A program made the translations under genes and the position numbers. Of a stretch of DNA of 57,336 nt, positions 10,133-24,500 are shown one piece after another. The first letter of the stretch is position 1, and each line of letters begins with the position of its first letter. The DNA comes from a virus (Duplodnaviria > Caudoviricetes): positions 1 to 57,336 of IMG/VR virus record IMGVR_UViG_3300032329_000679. One strand, given 5' to 3'. The notes beneath the pieces are model-generated. The model saw nothing but the letters and a program-made list of their open reading frames with translations, did no database searches and had not been told where the DNA came from.

Positions 10133-11958
10133 TAGGTTTTTCCGGTGTAAATTATATAATTCATCCCAACTGCTGGAACGTTATTTCTTAAATCTGGTAT
10201 AATAAATTTTAAAATTCCGCCGTCTGAAAAAGTTGTGCCGCCTATTATATTATAAAAATCTTGATATTCTTGTTTAGGCAAAGCTCTGCCATCGCATAAG
10301 AGATACCCTGGCGGAATTGAGGAAACGTTAGGCCATAGTATAACAGAACCGGGCTGTATAATAGACTTGGTGAAAGACGTGAGGAGTTGTGCTCCAGTTA
10401 ATTTTACCAATGTTTGACTATTGTCATCGGGATCGTTGTTTGCTTTTCTACTAATCAATATTAAATCTGAATTTAATAAAGCCTTAGCAGTAGGAAAAGG
10501 CTTTTCATATACATATTGTGGATTTAAATTAGGTGCCAATGTAACAGACAAAGTTTCTGCTGTTCCTATAGTTACAGGAGACATTTGAATATCGTTTGAA
10601 TTCATTGCTAAAGATATGCCATTAGTCAAACGGGTTGCACTATTTGCAGAGATCGCATTTCCTTCAATATTTGTTGCATATATGGTATTAAACTTAAAAC
10701 TCGGTGAGCCTATATTATTAATATTATTTGAAGACGGTAAAATAACTGCTAGATCGCCTGTTGTTTTTTCTAAGGTAAGTTGACCTTTGATTGTAACATT
10801 ATTGTTTAAGGTGCTAGTACCGGTTACTGATAAATTACTACCTACACTCAATGAATAGGCTATTTTTGCTCCACCATTTGGAATAGATAAAGCGGGAATC
10901 TCAGGGCTAATTACATTACTGTCATTGGATCCTGTAATAATCAACGATCCATTAGTTTTTATATTTCCTACTACATCTAAGCTGGTTGTTTGATCCGGTG
11001 CTACATTGTTAATACCTATACACCCTCTTTGTGGTATATTGCTTCTAGAATCAATAACCATTACATTTTTAATTTGATCATTATTCTTTAATCTAAAAAT
11101 TATATTGGATCCAGACTTATTATTGTAAATTAAAGGACCATTAGTATTGGCATCTATACCTATGGAAAATGATAAATCAGTTCCTATGCTTAATCCATTA
11201 TTATTCCTAACATTAATACCTTCTGATGTTGTGCTTACAGCATCGGCTCTTAAAAAATTAATTGCATTTACTGTAGTATCATTTACAATTAGAGCTTCTG
11301 CTTTTTCACTAGTGCCCCAAAATTTGTTTATTTTTGAAGCTGTTTGAAATTTTGTAGTACTTAATGTAATGCCTTGTCTAATCGTTGTAAACCCATCGAT
11401 TCCTGTCTTAGGTACAAATTCTCTATCACTAATTATAGCTACCCTTTTTTGTTTAACAAAAAGAGTCAATACTAATCTGGGTTCATTGCCCAAATCATAA
11501 ATTGTTTCAACTTCGGCAGTGGTTCTGTCAACAGCTTTGGACGGAGGTCCGATTAAAGTCCAAGCATTATCACCTAAAATATGTAATTGTTGGCTGACTG
11601 TGTCTACATAAAGATCGCCATTTTTAAAAGGCAAGCTAGGTGAAATAGGAGGAGGATTGCCCCTGCCTTTTTTGATCACGCCCAACGGAATCCAGTTTGT
11701 GCCATCGAATACTTTTAGTCCGCCATCTAAATTATTTTCTACAGAATTATACCAAAGTTGACCTTCAGTCGGTGTAGTAGGAGGTGTGGTGCTGGCAAAA
11801 TTTTCTAACAGATGCAGAAAATTTTCGCCTATGATACTGCTATAACTTTGATTATAGTTTTTACCTATAAATGTTAAGCTAGTTTCTTGATTTAAATCCC
11901 CATCATCAACTACAATTGATGGTTTTCCTGGATCAGAATGGCGTATATTATAAGACAT
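10132..11958 (-). CDS. tail fibre protein with C-terminal tail-collar domain
   Basis: N-terminal module GENFLHLLENFA...GQLWYN. C-terminus PGSVILW...IPPGYLLCDG...IPDLR is the phage tail collar motif. Confidence 0.75.
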   Translation of the reverse strand: MSYNIRHSDPGKPSIVVDDGDLNQETSLTFIGKNYNQSYSSIIGENFLHLLENFASTTPPTTPTEGQLWYNSVENNLDGGLKVFDGTNWIPLGVIKKGRGNPPPISPSLPFKNGDLYVDTVSQQLHILGDNAWTLIGPPSKAVDRTTAEVETIYDLGNEPRLVLTLFVKQKRVAIISDREFVPKTGIDGFTTIRQGITLSTTKFQTASKINKFWGTSEKAEALIVNDTTVNAINFLRADAVSTTSEGINVRNNNGLSIGTDLSFSIGIDANTNGPLIYNNKSGSNIIFRLKNNDQIKNVMVIDSRSNIPQRGCIGINNVAPDQTTSLDVVGNIKTNGSLIITGSNDSNVISPEIPALSIPNGGAKIAYSLSVGSNLSVTGTSTLNNNVTIKGQLTLEKTTGDLAVILPSSNNINNIGSPSFKFNTIYATNIEGNAISANSATRLTNGISLAMNSNDIQMSPVTIGTAETLSVTLAPNLNPQYVYEKPFPTAKALLNSDLILISRKANNDPDDNSQTLVKLTGAQLLTSFTKSIIQPGSVILWPNVSSIPPGYLLCDGRALPKQEYQDFYNIIGGTTFSDGGILKFIIPDLRNNVPAVGMNYIIYTGKT

Positions 11959-11959
11959 A

Positions 11960-12568
11960 TTAGATTCCCATTAGACCGGTTAAACTTTGAATTCTAACAG
12001 TATAATCTATTTGAATAAGCCTATTCAAACTTTTTTGTACCGGATGGAATATTACATGAGTCAGTAACCTGCTCTGATTTGTATCACTATAAGATTTTAA
12101 TCCTAATTCATCAAAAACATATTGAGCTTCGTTGTTGGTTGTATTATCAAATGCTTCTTGCCCACTAGGCTCGCCATAGTCTAACAAACAAGTAATAAAC
12201 ACATCAGTATAATTAGTGCCAGTAACATGCCTGGTTTCTATGTAATTTCTTATAGGATCTTTATTGTTTACGCTTTGATCATCAACAACTTTAGAATAAG
12301 TTGGATTATAAAGATCGGCATTAACTCCAGTGGTATTTGGCGTCAAGTATGTAATAATTCCTGTAGGATCTACGGCTGTACCACCGTTTCCAAAAGACAT
12401 TTCATAGATATATCCTTGGCTGGAATTAGCTATACTTTTAGCTAATGCCACACTCATATTTTCATAATGTATGGCATTACGTTTATTGATATAGACTTCC
12501 TTGGAACTTGGGTCCCAAATCTTAATATGTCCTTCGATATGTATTCCACTAAAATCTTTGTTTTGCAT
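11960..12568 (-). CDS. conserved virion structural protein (baseplate/fibre attachment)
   Basis: 202-aa ORF between the giant wedge protein and the fibres, with its own late promoter. Confidence 0.6.
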   Translation of the reverse strand: MQNKDFSGIHIEGHIKIWDPSSKEVYINKRNAIHYENMSVALAKSIANSSQGYIYEMSFGNGGTAVDPTGIITYLTPNTTGVNADLYNPTYSKVVDDQSVNNKDPIRNYIETRHVTGTNYTDVFITCLLDYGEPSGQEAFDNTTNNEAQYVFDELGLKSYSDTNQSRLLTHVIFHPVQKSLNRLIQIDYTVRIQSLTGLMGI

Positions 12569-12587
12569 GTTTATTTCTCTATCAAAA

Positions 12588-12595
12588 TATTTATT
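12588..12595 (-). promoter_or_regulatory. T4-type late promoter (AATAAATA)
   Basis: Directly after the stop codon of the giant ORF and upstream of 12568. Confidence 0.6.
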
Positions 12596-15500
12596 TTATC
12601 CGTTATCTAGTTTTCTTGGGGTAGTTTTCAAGAAATATGCTACTTCATTGGTTGATTCTGCTAGGTTTTTACCTAAGTCATTCCACGGTGTAAGAACTTT
12701 TCTAACAACCTGTATTCTTACTCCTGGAGTATCTGGTATATGTTCTAATCTTACTTGAGAATTTATACCATCTACAGCAAAATCTGCAGGATAATCGATG
12801 TCTCCTTCGGGACTCTCTGGATGCTCTATTGGATCGTGAAGTGTGTAAGCATCTTTTCTTTGTCTAACCCCACCCACAAACACTTCGATGCTATCTTTAG
12901 TTGGTATGAATGGTAATTCGATTAAATGTGTGCTATCTAACAGTGCATCAGGATATTCTTCAGGAGGCCATGTAATAACTTCCTCGCGATCTTTATAAGG
13001 AATAGTTTCGTTGGGTCCAATATCTAATACTTTTTCTGATTTCTTATGCACATCGGTAATACCAGTTCCCCAAGTACCTCTTCTAAGTTGGCTTAAAACA
13101 TTGCCATTTTTAATAAAATATTCTATTCTTTCGCCATTTACGTATATGACTCCTGGCGCATTTGCTTCTATAACTGGTTCGTTTAATGCAGTGCCATCAT
13201 CAACAGTTATTTGTTTATCATAATAGTGCAAATCTTCTGCTAAAATAGTAGTCCTATTTTTACTGATTCGTTTATAATGTGTTCTATTTAACATATCTTT
13301 GATTTGCATAAAGGCAATCGAATCTCTTACTATATTATTAGAAAAGGTTAGAATTGAAAATTTATCACTTTCTGTGGGAGAAGTACTTACTATAATTTCT
13401 GTTTTATTATCTGATAATATATAATCTATATTAGGTGTTAATAGAGTTTTATTTTTAATAACCCATGCGTAATTTGCATCAGCAATAGGCCTTTCAAGAG
13501 TAAAAATGCCAGCACTAACTTTAACGGCATTTGCATAATAGATACTATCTTGATAACGATCTACATCAGGATAAATTTGATAATCTGTTCTTTGGATATC
13601 TAAAATATCATGATTAAACATAGAGATAATTTCTATTTTAGTATTCTCTGGATAAGAATTTTTAAATTCAATATAGTTTACACGGTTTTCAACACCAATA
13701 GTATATTCGGCATTTTTAACTATAGTAACTAATAGTTTAGCATTTTCTATGTATTTGTTACTTTTAACTATTATTTTTGATTTTAATAAGTCTAAATCAA
13801 AACCATCGGATAGATAAATTAATTGATTATCAACATACACTTTAAAATCTGTTGATTCGTATTGATTAATATCATCTTTACCCAAAGGAATAATATATTC
13901 GTATGCTTGATTTTTTAGTATAAAATAAAAAGAATCAACTGAATTTAATATCTCGTTTCCTACTTTAACAATAGCATTATATTCTAATGGTAAAAGATTA
14001 CCAATAGGATTAGAAAGAGTATATCTGGACGCAGATTCTTTATATGTAATTGTTTCTTTTGAAACAATACTGGTGGTTTTGTTAGGAGTATCAAAAATTA
14101 AATAATTTATTAATTGCCCGGGCATGACATCGAAGGCAAATCTTATACCTACCTTATTATCTATTTTGAATAAATTATAATTTTGAACAACCCCAGAGAC
14201 CAACACTAACAAGCTTATATTATCTTTCCAAGGATAGTCCGTTACAATTTCGTTTGTTACAGTTTCTACTATGACATGATTAGTATCTGAAACATTTACT
14301 CCATTTAATCCTATACTAATAATAGAAACATATTTGTTAGCTTCTGGAATTTCATTAAATTTTACTAATAAATTATCAAAATCTATAGTGTAGTCAACAT
14401 CTATTTGAAGTATAATTTGATCTAATTTTACTACAACAGCGGATTTACTATTAGGATATTGCCCTACTTTGAATTCAGAAATAACACCATCAGTTAGATA
14501 ATTATCGCAAATTACATTGCTGGAACCTGAACGATTGTCATCAAATACTTTTATTACTAGAGTGTCTACAACGTGTCCTGGAAGCATTTCTTCTGGAGCA
14601 GGGCTAGTTATTGGACTAATAAACCTATCTCCGTCTATAATAATATCTTCCGCTGTTAGACCTGTAGCAGTAGTATAGGCCATATTGCCGCCTTCTACTA
14701 GTGTATCGTAAATTTTATTTTCATTTCCTATAAGGTCCCATCCTTTATCACCCCAAGTATTATTTTCACTATCCCATGCCAAGGGCTGATTAAAGTTAAT
14801 ACCAACAATACTAACGCCTCCATAATCAATACCTGTCATTAACTGGGCAAAATCCTTACCAATCATTCCACTTTCTGGACTGTAATAATGTTTAATTCTG
14901 TCCAGGGCCGAAAGATGGTGGAAATCTTTTTCGTATGTTATTGTTATAATAGTTCCCAGACTGGGTGGATGTACAAAGGTTATTTGACCATAATAAACTG
15001 TATGACCTTTTTCTTTGGAGGAAGTTTTTACTATAGTATAATTTTCACTGATTTCGTCAATAGTAATGCCGTCAATAGTGTATTCTACTAAAAGTTTTTT
15101 AGATTCAGTATTAGGACTATATTTTAAATTAAAAGTGATAGTGGCATTATCACCAGTAAAAGTATCAATTTGTTCTAAAGGCAATATTTCTGATAATAAT
15201 TTTTTATTATAACGATCAAATTTCATAGCTATAAGATTGCTTCTAACAAGATCGTTTTTTACAATAGCAACTGCCTGTGCCTGCGTTCCTCCTACACTTA
15301 AATGGCCTTCTATGACTATTTCAGGAGCTTTTAAATATCCTGCACCTGTATCTAAAATTTCGATATCTATTACTTGGCCGTTAGATATAAATGCTCTAGC
15401 CTTGGCTGGTCTAGTACAATTTCCTATAATTTTTACCAGTGGCCTTGATGTATAACCATGTCCTTCATTTGAAATAGTAATAGTCTTTATGCCAAATCCA

Positions 15501-18500
15501 ATATTATCTCTCCAAAGTTTCCATGGATATTCATTTATAATATCGTCATAATAATATAATTCGTCATTTTTAATTTGGGTAGTAATAACTTCTATATTAG
15601 AATTGGTAATATAGGAAGGCAAGTCAAAATCAGTCACCATACTTTGTGTGTTATCTATGCTATTATACACACTGACAAATTCCCTTATTTTTGTACGATA
15701 AGGCTTAACTTCGGATATGTAACTTTCAAAATCTTCTAAATTATCATTGCTGTATGTTACTTTTTGTTTAAGTTTACCTACATTATGTAAGGCTTTGATA
15801 AAACTGGTTTTAAATATCCAATCCAAATAAGGTTGCTCATATAACGCATATCTGATACTGAGGAAAAACAAATTCAAATAAAGTATTCTTCGATCATCTA
15901 TTAGAATTCGATCTTTCAAACTGTTTAAAATTATACGTAATTCTGTGGTTCCGGCATTGTCAAATTTATTAGAATCATAGAGACCACTATCGTAACCCAA
16001 CTTATTTTTAACAAAATTATAAAAATTAGTTGATAACTGAATAGATCCATTTTGTCTTCCTACAACTTTATAACTTTGAGTATAATCAATAGAATCTGCG
16101 TTGGCATATTTTACCAATAGCATCCATCCCGAGCTACCTACATTATTAACTTTTACTGTTTGGCCTATTTCACTATCTTGTGTAAAAAGCTGATAAGTCC
16201 CATCTACTACATGATCGATTTTGCTATATTGATTATATGTGTATTCCCTTCCTGTATCAGAGTCTATATAAGACCCATACCAGTCGATGTAATTCCAAAA
16301 CGCAGTTACATCATATTCTTGAATTTTTATTTTACTCCATATTTCACCAACAGGATCATAAGCATAAATGGCCCAATTTCCAAAAATTGTACTGTCACTT
16401 CTAACTAACGCACATAAAGGCCTTACAGATAAAGTAGTTGTTTCTTTGTCATAACCTTTACCACCATTTTTAATTTCAATCGGTAGTAATACTCCAACAG
16501 AATTTACAGTAACGTCAATTGCTGCGTTAATACCTTTACCTATAATAGAAATTGTAGGGCCTTTATATACATTTTGTTTAATTTGTTGTAGTGTTCCATA
16601 TCCATATCCATTAGAATTAATGTTGATTGAAACAATACTGCCGTTTACTATTACCAAAGATAATTCAGGCTTTTTAAATAATCTTGTGTTGATAAATTGT
16701 AATTCACTTTCAGTATCAACAACATAATCGTATACCCCGGATAGTGTCGTCGGAGCAAGATCTTTTTTCAATAAATCAGTTAAATCTAAATTATCTATTT
16801 GAATTGTTTTAAATTCGCTATTAATTCGTTCGATAACTTGCTTAACTGCTTCTAGTCTATTGACAAACATGCTTTGTCTAGGTTTAGATTCTATACCATA
16901 TCTTTGTTTAGGAGGTAGTTTAAGATCTGGAACCATTTTGCCATTTTCGTCAAAACCTACTAAACTATCAATCCATTTCTTTTCAATATGTTTAGGTATT
17001 TCAGTTTTTTCATTTTCACTAATAATTTTCCATTGACTATGGATATTAATTTCATGCTGTGGAATATTCCAATATTGAATAGCAAGTACTACATCACGAT
17101 CCGATAGTAAATCTTTGACATTAGTTAAACTAAAACTATTTCTGTCAGTAAATTCAATATATTTTAATGCAGCACCTTTGGGATTGCTAATAATGTTAGA
17201 AATATCAGCAGCTGAATTGGTTCTTCCAATAACAGTAGGAATTGTAGTTTTATTTTTTACCCAGAAATAATAAGTCGAATTAAACGACTTAGCCACTGTG
17301 TCATAGGTTCTTTTAATACTATAAACATCATCACCATATAGACTTTTTCCGCTAATACCTTGGGTAATTCCTTGATCCGTATCAGCTAATTTGTCCCAGG
17401 CGGAAGGCAAATATCTAGACGAAACCCACTCGTAGACATCAATGCTGGCTGTTTCGTACAACGTATTCCATGTGGTATTTTTATAAACAATGTCACTAAG
17501 ATGTGCATCTAAAAATTTAGCCCTACTTAAATCCCACCATAAAGTACCAACTTCTACGTCCAACCAAGACATTCCATCGTCTACTATAACTGATATATCT
17601 GATGCGGCAGAACGGAATGAATAGGTAGCCGGATCGTAATAAGTTTTATACTTGATCTGTTGTTCAGCAATTCCTGATATTTTACCCTGTGTAGGATCTA
17701 TTATATCTAAGTAAGTGACTAATTGATTTGTTCGTTTATTATACAAGAAGATTTTTTTGAATACACTTAAATCTATTTTTGCTGTTTCTTCTTGACTAAT
17801 TTTCCAACTATAATTATTAGGGGTTCGTTTATGGGTGTAAATTGCACCGCTATTTTTATTATCATTCAACCCAGATGGTGCAGAAATTACTACAGTATTG
17901 TCCGAAACATCCACACAACTACCATATTCCTCTGCTTGACTACTAACCACAGCCAAACTTTCGGAAAATATAAATTTATTGTCATAGATATCATAGATAT
18001 CTGCTCTGCCTGAATCACGTTTAATAATGTAGGTACTATCATCATGATGTGTAATACTATCATGATAATTCATAGTGCTATCATCATAATTGAACAAATC
18101 ATTTTTTGACCCGTCACTAAGTCGGCTAAAAATTAATAATGTTTTTTCATTATTAACAAATTTTAAATATGTACCAAATTTTTCATTGCTATCACGATCA
18201 TTATTTCTTTCAACTAATGTTTGAAATAGATTATAATTTTTATAAACGTTTACTATTTGTTTATTATTTGTTTGACTCGATACGGCCAAATAAGTTCCAT
18301 TATTGGATAAAGATATTGTCTGTCCAAAATTTAGTTGATTTGCTTTAGTTATTTCATGTTCTTTTGTAAATGTTTCATTATTCCTATGAAAAACTAAAAC
18401 TTTTCCTTGACCATTATGAGTTAATGATGTAGACAATGCCAATGTACTAGCTGTCTGATCAATATCGAATTCATAGGCAAATGGTTGATTTTCACAATCA

Positions 18501-21500
18501 ACATCAGTTGGACGTATACTGGTTACAAACTGCCAAGTAGAACTATCGCTAAAGTTCTTGAAATAGTATATTATACCACTAATACTATTACCATCTGTGC
18601 TGCTAACAGTTAAGGAATACAACCCATCATAGGCAAATTTAATTTTGAATCCAAAATAAGGATCGGGATCAGAGTTTGTTAAAGTTGTAACAAACTCGTA
18701 TTGTAAACTATCATTTAATTGATATAATTCAATAACACCATTATTTGATGTAGTTACACAACCAATAGCTAACCACTTTTTATCATCACTGACTGCTAAA
18801 GTTTTAGCAAATGTTCTTATATCACCTGGCATAAGAATTGTTTGACGATCACTCCATCCTGAATCATTAGACCATGGTGTGTAGATATTCACTCTTTGTG
18901 TTTGATTCTGACCTAAGGCTACTACCATAATATCGCCAGCTGCATTAGTAACTAATTTTCTACCAAATTTATATTCATTCCCTAACAACGGGTCATATAA
19001 TTTTGTCCTTGTATAAACAGGATTATTTTGCCAAACTGCATATTTGTTGCCAAGTGAACGATTAATCCAGACAAGTTCACCTTTTTTAAGGTAATGGGGA
19101 ACTACAATATCGTCTATGGTGTTAAATCTTTGAGGTAAAATTTTAAAAATTTTAGTAGTACTTAAAGTTTCAGAGTCAGGAGTTTTCCAATTGATCAGTC
19201 TGATATTGACCGTAACAATTCTGCCATCTATTTCACTAATTTCAAAGAAGGAGTTAACTTTGTCGTAGTCAGATTTAATTCCAATTATTTGACCTACGGT
19301 AAAATCTATATCATTGGCAAAGGATATAAACAGAGTATTATCGGTATATGACATTCCATCTACAACATAATCTGTTTTGGTAAATCTATATACATTCCAA
19401 TCGTCATTAAATTCGTTTATTTTATTTTCAAATGCACACCAAATATAGTCGCCTGATGAAAAATTCTCTATGTCTTCGGCTAATAAACTGCTCTTTGAAT
19501 CAACGGCTAGTTTAATTTGATCATATTTGACAAAACCAGGTGTACGCAAAAATGGTTTATAATTACTGTTAACAGGCCATAAATTATTTTGATAAAATTT
19601 GGGTGTTAGATATATGTCTTTTTTAGTTTGTCTAATAACAAAATCTACCAAAGTATTATCAACGGTACTGACTAATTCTATTGCCTGAGGATTAATTTTA
19701 AATTGGCCTTCGTCTAATATAAATTCTACTTCGTCAAAAGCATCACTGGCGCCATATTGCCCTGCTCTAATTGCCCATTCTTCGATAAAATCAATACTAT
19801 CCCTATCATCTGCACTGAGAACGTCAAATAATTTATTAAGAGAATTCACTGTGCCTTTTTCTTGGATCATTCCTTGATAAAACTTGAATTCACTAACATC
19901 GTTTTTAATAATGTTACTCAAGTATTGACGCTTTTGATAGCCTATTAAATGCTGAGCTATTTTTTGTTGACCTACATCAAAATTATCGCTGTCTAAATCA
20001 TAAAAGTCTGTGAATTGTAAGGCTTTATAGTCCCAATTAGGCAGTAGTTGACTAGTCGGTTTGCTGTCTAATCTTATCCATTTATTTTTATTGAATTCTT
20101 CTTGGCCTGGTAAGAATTCCATGGCTGAATAATAAAATTCTTTATATTTGACAATATCCCCTAGATGATAATCCATCCAGGGTTGCCAGTCATTGATATA
20201 GGCTCGATCATAGATAAACCCAGGTGCGTCAAGACTTCCATTCCAGTTTAATGTTTTATATCCAGATACTTTAATTCTTTCTTGTCTATAACCTGTTTCT
20301 GGACTATAAATCACATCGTTGAATTGTGTATCATTGTCAATGATTAATACATGTTCTTTTTGTATTAGGTATAAACTTGCTCCATATATACCAGTATTTT
20401 CATTTGTCGGTTTTAGTGAAAAAAGAGTGTCATATCTAGAATAACTTAATAATTTAGGATCGTATTTTTGACCATTGGCTGAAAATATTTCATATGTGCC
20501 AATCTGCTCTCTTAAATCAGCAACAGTAGCATAATTTAAATTTAAATCTATGCCCAATGCTGCTGGACTCAAGCTTATTGCTGACGCCCCGTCTTGATTT
20601 AAGCCATCTAATTTTACATATAAATTAACATCAAAAAAAGTTGTTGTTGTATGATCTCTTTTTGATTTATAATAATCGCCATTGTAAAGAACAACCGACC
20701 CTGCTTTATAAAAAATACCAAAATCCCATTCGGAATAATTTTCAGTGCCTGGACTCCAATTTTGCGTAGTCCAGAATAAAAATTCTTTCACGCTGGTTTC
20801 CCAACTAGCTACAGATTTTAATGTTATATTATACTGGTCAAATGCCAATCCTTGATCTTTTAAATATTCTCCGTAACCTTGAAGGAAATCTACAACTTCT
20901 TGAATCGATCCTAAAGTAGTTCCATAATTTAAAAGAACAGGAATTCTTTCCCATTTTTTTCTAATTAGAGCTGTTGCTCCTCCAATTATAGGCAATGCTG
21001 GTAATTTTTGTAAAAGATCTAGTGAAGGGGTTTCCTCACTAACATGTGAAGTTTTTACTCTATAGAAAACATTATTAATCTCTATAATGTTTCCTACTAC
21101 ATATTGTTGATTGTTAGTCCATTTAATAAAGCTTTCGCTAATTCCGCCTACGTTAATACCATGTCCAGATTGAGTCCATACATAATAATAAAAATATGGG
21201 TTGCTTTGACTATATCCTTTTATTTCATAACCTATGCCAGTTTTAGTCAATACTTTAGTTACAATAACACCACTATATAATATTTTTTTAATAGGACTAC
21301 TAGTGTTTAAAAATATTTTATAATTTTCACTTGGTACGAAAACGCCCGATTTAGCTGCACTGCTTTTGCTGTCTAAAATTAAATTATATTTTTCTTTGCT
21401 AGTAAATGCTGATAATCTATGTGCAAGTTTATTGTTAATGGTTATTAAATCATTTTTATATGTGTCTAATGCTGTGGAATTATCTCCTTGTAAATAATCT

Positions 21501-24500
21501 ACAACATAATTGACTAAACCCGCCGTTAATGTTCTAACATTATCCGATACAGTATTAGGTGTTAATAAGTCTTTTAATCTCAATCTTACACCAGTTTCTG
21601 AATAGATTAATTGATCATTTCTATTTTTAACTATCCTTGATCGATCTAAGTAACAACCTAATACTCGACTTGGCTGCATAAGAATCATTGTAATTAGTAA
21701 ACTAAACGGATAATAACTACTGCGTCTCCACGCTGTTTCTACAGGGCTTTGATCGCCAAAAACGTATGTAAATGATCTATTACTATTAAAAATTCCATGT
21801 GCTAAATTAGCTGTTAAGGGGTCTAATAATTGACCATCTTCTTTAACAGGAATATTTTTAAGTACAGGTCTTGCAAATTTAGGATTTCTTGTTAAAGGTT
21901 TTCCGGGTTCTTTGATTACACCATCTCGCAGATCCTGCCAAAGTATAAGATTATTAGATGTATAAGGTGCAGGCCCATAAGTACTTTCCCACCATTTTGG
22001 CTGAATACTAAATCCTAAACTCTCCCAAGGTGTTAAGTGTATGCGGTCTGTGTCAAAGTACCATTTGTAAATTCCACGCCAAAACCCCGGAACATTGTTT
22101 CCGTCTATGCCTACTGCTTCCCTGTAGTTGTAAGTAAAAGGATTATTTGAATCATATTTCAAAGATTTGGTAAAATCTTTATCAATTAGTCCAGTCCATT
22201 GATAAAAATTAGGTGCAAGAATTTGATTGAATTCATCTATAGTATACTCAGTAGGTCTATTAGAATTAGGTATAAAATCATATATGTCTATAATATTTGG
22301 ATCATATTTGACTTTAATATTGTTAAAAAATCTTTTTTCTAATTCTAAAATTATTTGATCTCTATAATCATTAAAAGCTAATACAATGCTGCCATCGTGC
22401 CCTTGAATTACATTTTGTGGCTCAAGTAAAGTAGTATCTAGATAAATTTTTGGCTCAAATTTTGGATATAATCCTAAACTTGTCGGGGTAGAAGGAATAT
22501 AACATCCATCTGTACTTTCATATTCATAAACTGTTATGACATCATCTTCTTTTATAGAGCACAATATTTCTACAAACCCATCCAAGCCAAATATATAATC
22601 TTTTTCATGTAATAATTGAACATTATTCACATACACATTAACAGATTTATTACTTAAACTTTGTAAAGTAAACACTGTGGCTAAAGGATATTTTTTAACT
22701 CTATAATCTTGTACAGTAAAATCTGTTTGTTTGGCTGCACCATAAGCTAACATATCACTAAAATAGTATGAAGCTTTTTTAGGTTTGCCTTGATTAATTT
22801 CAAATAAAATTAAATCAACTGCTTGTTTAACTGTTATTTCACTATTTAAAACACCGGTATGATTTATAAAATTTCTTTTAAAGACTCCAAAGTCATCTCT
22901 GGCTTTTTCTAATGCTGTTATTATATTAGCATCTTTATTGGTCAAATGATATAATGCTAAATTTAAACTGCCACTATGTTGAATAAATTTAGTTCCATGA
23001 CTACTAAGATTGCCTATATCCCTTAAATTACTTACTCCTGGATATTCCCCTTGGAAATTATCTAAATTATCTATAATAGAATCTACATGATCAATAACTT
23101 CACCTAGAGTAAAATCATTAATATTATTGTTTAAAGGATTATTTTGTAAATTGATAGGAAATTCGTAATAACCATTATTGTTTTTATTTTGTCTAGCATA
23201 ACATCTCAGTGTAACTACATCAGTTGTGTTAGCATCTGTAATTAATACTACTTTTTTATAATTTGCAGCATCTTCAACTGAAAATAAATTTTTATCAATT
23301 CTTTTGCCATTTATATAAACTTTTACCAAAAGATCATTAAGATCAGTAATATCATTGTATACATCTATAGGAAAATTATTAACTAAAACAACTTTTGTTT
23401 TTATTCCGTTTACAAATTCTTCTACCGTTTCGTTTTTATAAATCCTCACAATAGGTTGAATATTTTTTAATGTATTTTTAGTCCACCCATTAATGTATTT
23501 TGAACCTAAATTAGAAAAGTTTTTAAGAAACTTATTATCTGTGTTTTCGGTAATTATGGACGCTTGTTGCTTGTAAGAAAAACTTTCTTGTAGTAAGTTA
23601 TAGTTAAAAACAATATCCCCTACATTATTAATATTTTTATAACTTAATGCAAATCCTAATTCACTATCTACAACACCAGATCCAGTTTTATAAGAAAATA
23701 ATTTATTTCCTAGAAAAGTAGTGCCTTCATATTTGGTCGAATCAGAAAGACTAACTTGATCTTTATCGAATAAATCAAATAATGGAGGCTGATTTTGATC
23801 TGTTTTTGATTGTCCTACTAGCCAGTTAGAACCATTAAACCATAAATGTTTACTTTTATATTGGACACCGTTTTTAATTAATACAATTTCTTCTAGTAAA
23901 GGATCACTATCTGGTTCTTGTACTAGATGTATTCTACGTTGTCCTGGATCATTGGCATCTGCATGAATAAGAATAAATTCTACTTTAAAAATTTTATTAC
24001 TTACCAAGGGATCTTTATCACCTGTAAATAATATACGATGTCCGTCTAGTAATGAAACTCCATCGATATTATAGCTTAACGCTCCTTCTATTACAGAAAA
24101 TACATCATTGGTAAAATCGTCAACTAAATCTACATCTTTTTTAGGACGTATTCCAAAATTATATAGTTTGATATTGGCATTAAACTCTATAATCGGTCTC
24201 TTGGCTCTTTGACTTTGGTCAAATACTGCGGGTACTTCGAAATGATCTGCTGTTTGTTGTATGACATCCTGATGGAACCAGCGATTATACCGGGTCCAAG
24301 GATTGCAATCTAAACTAGCTCTATTAATTGTAATATAATCTTTGTCTGCTGCCGAGTATATAACATCATTATAAGGCAAGTCGTCAAAGCCGGTGTCATC
24401 GAAAGTTACGTCATAATTTGTAGTATACGGAGCTACAATTTCTAATTGTTTTTCCGGAATAAGTTGAATTCTTTCACCTACTCCTTCTACATAAAAATCT

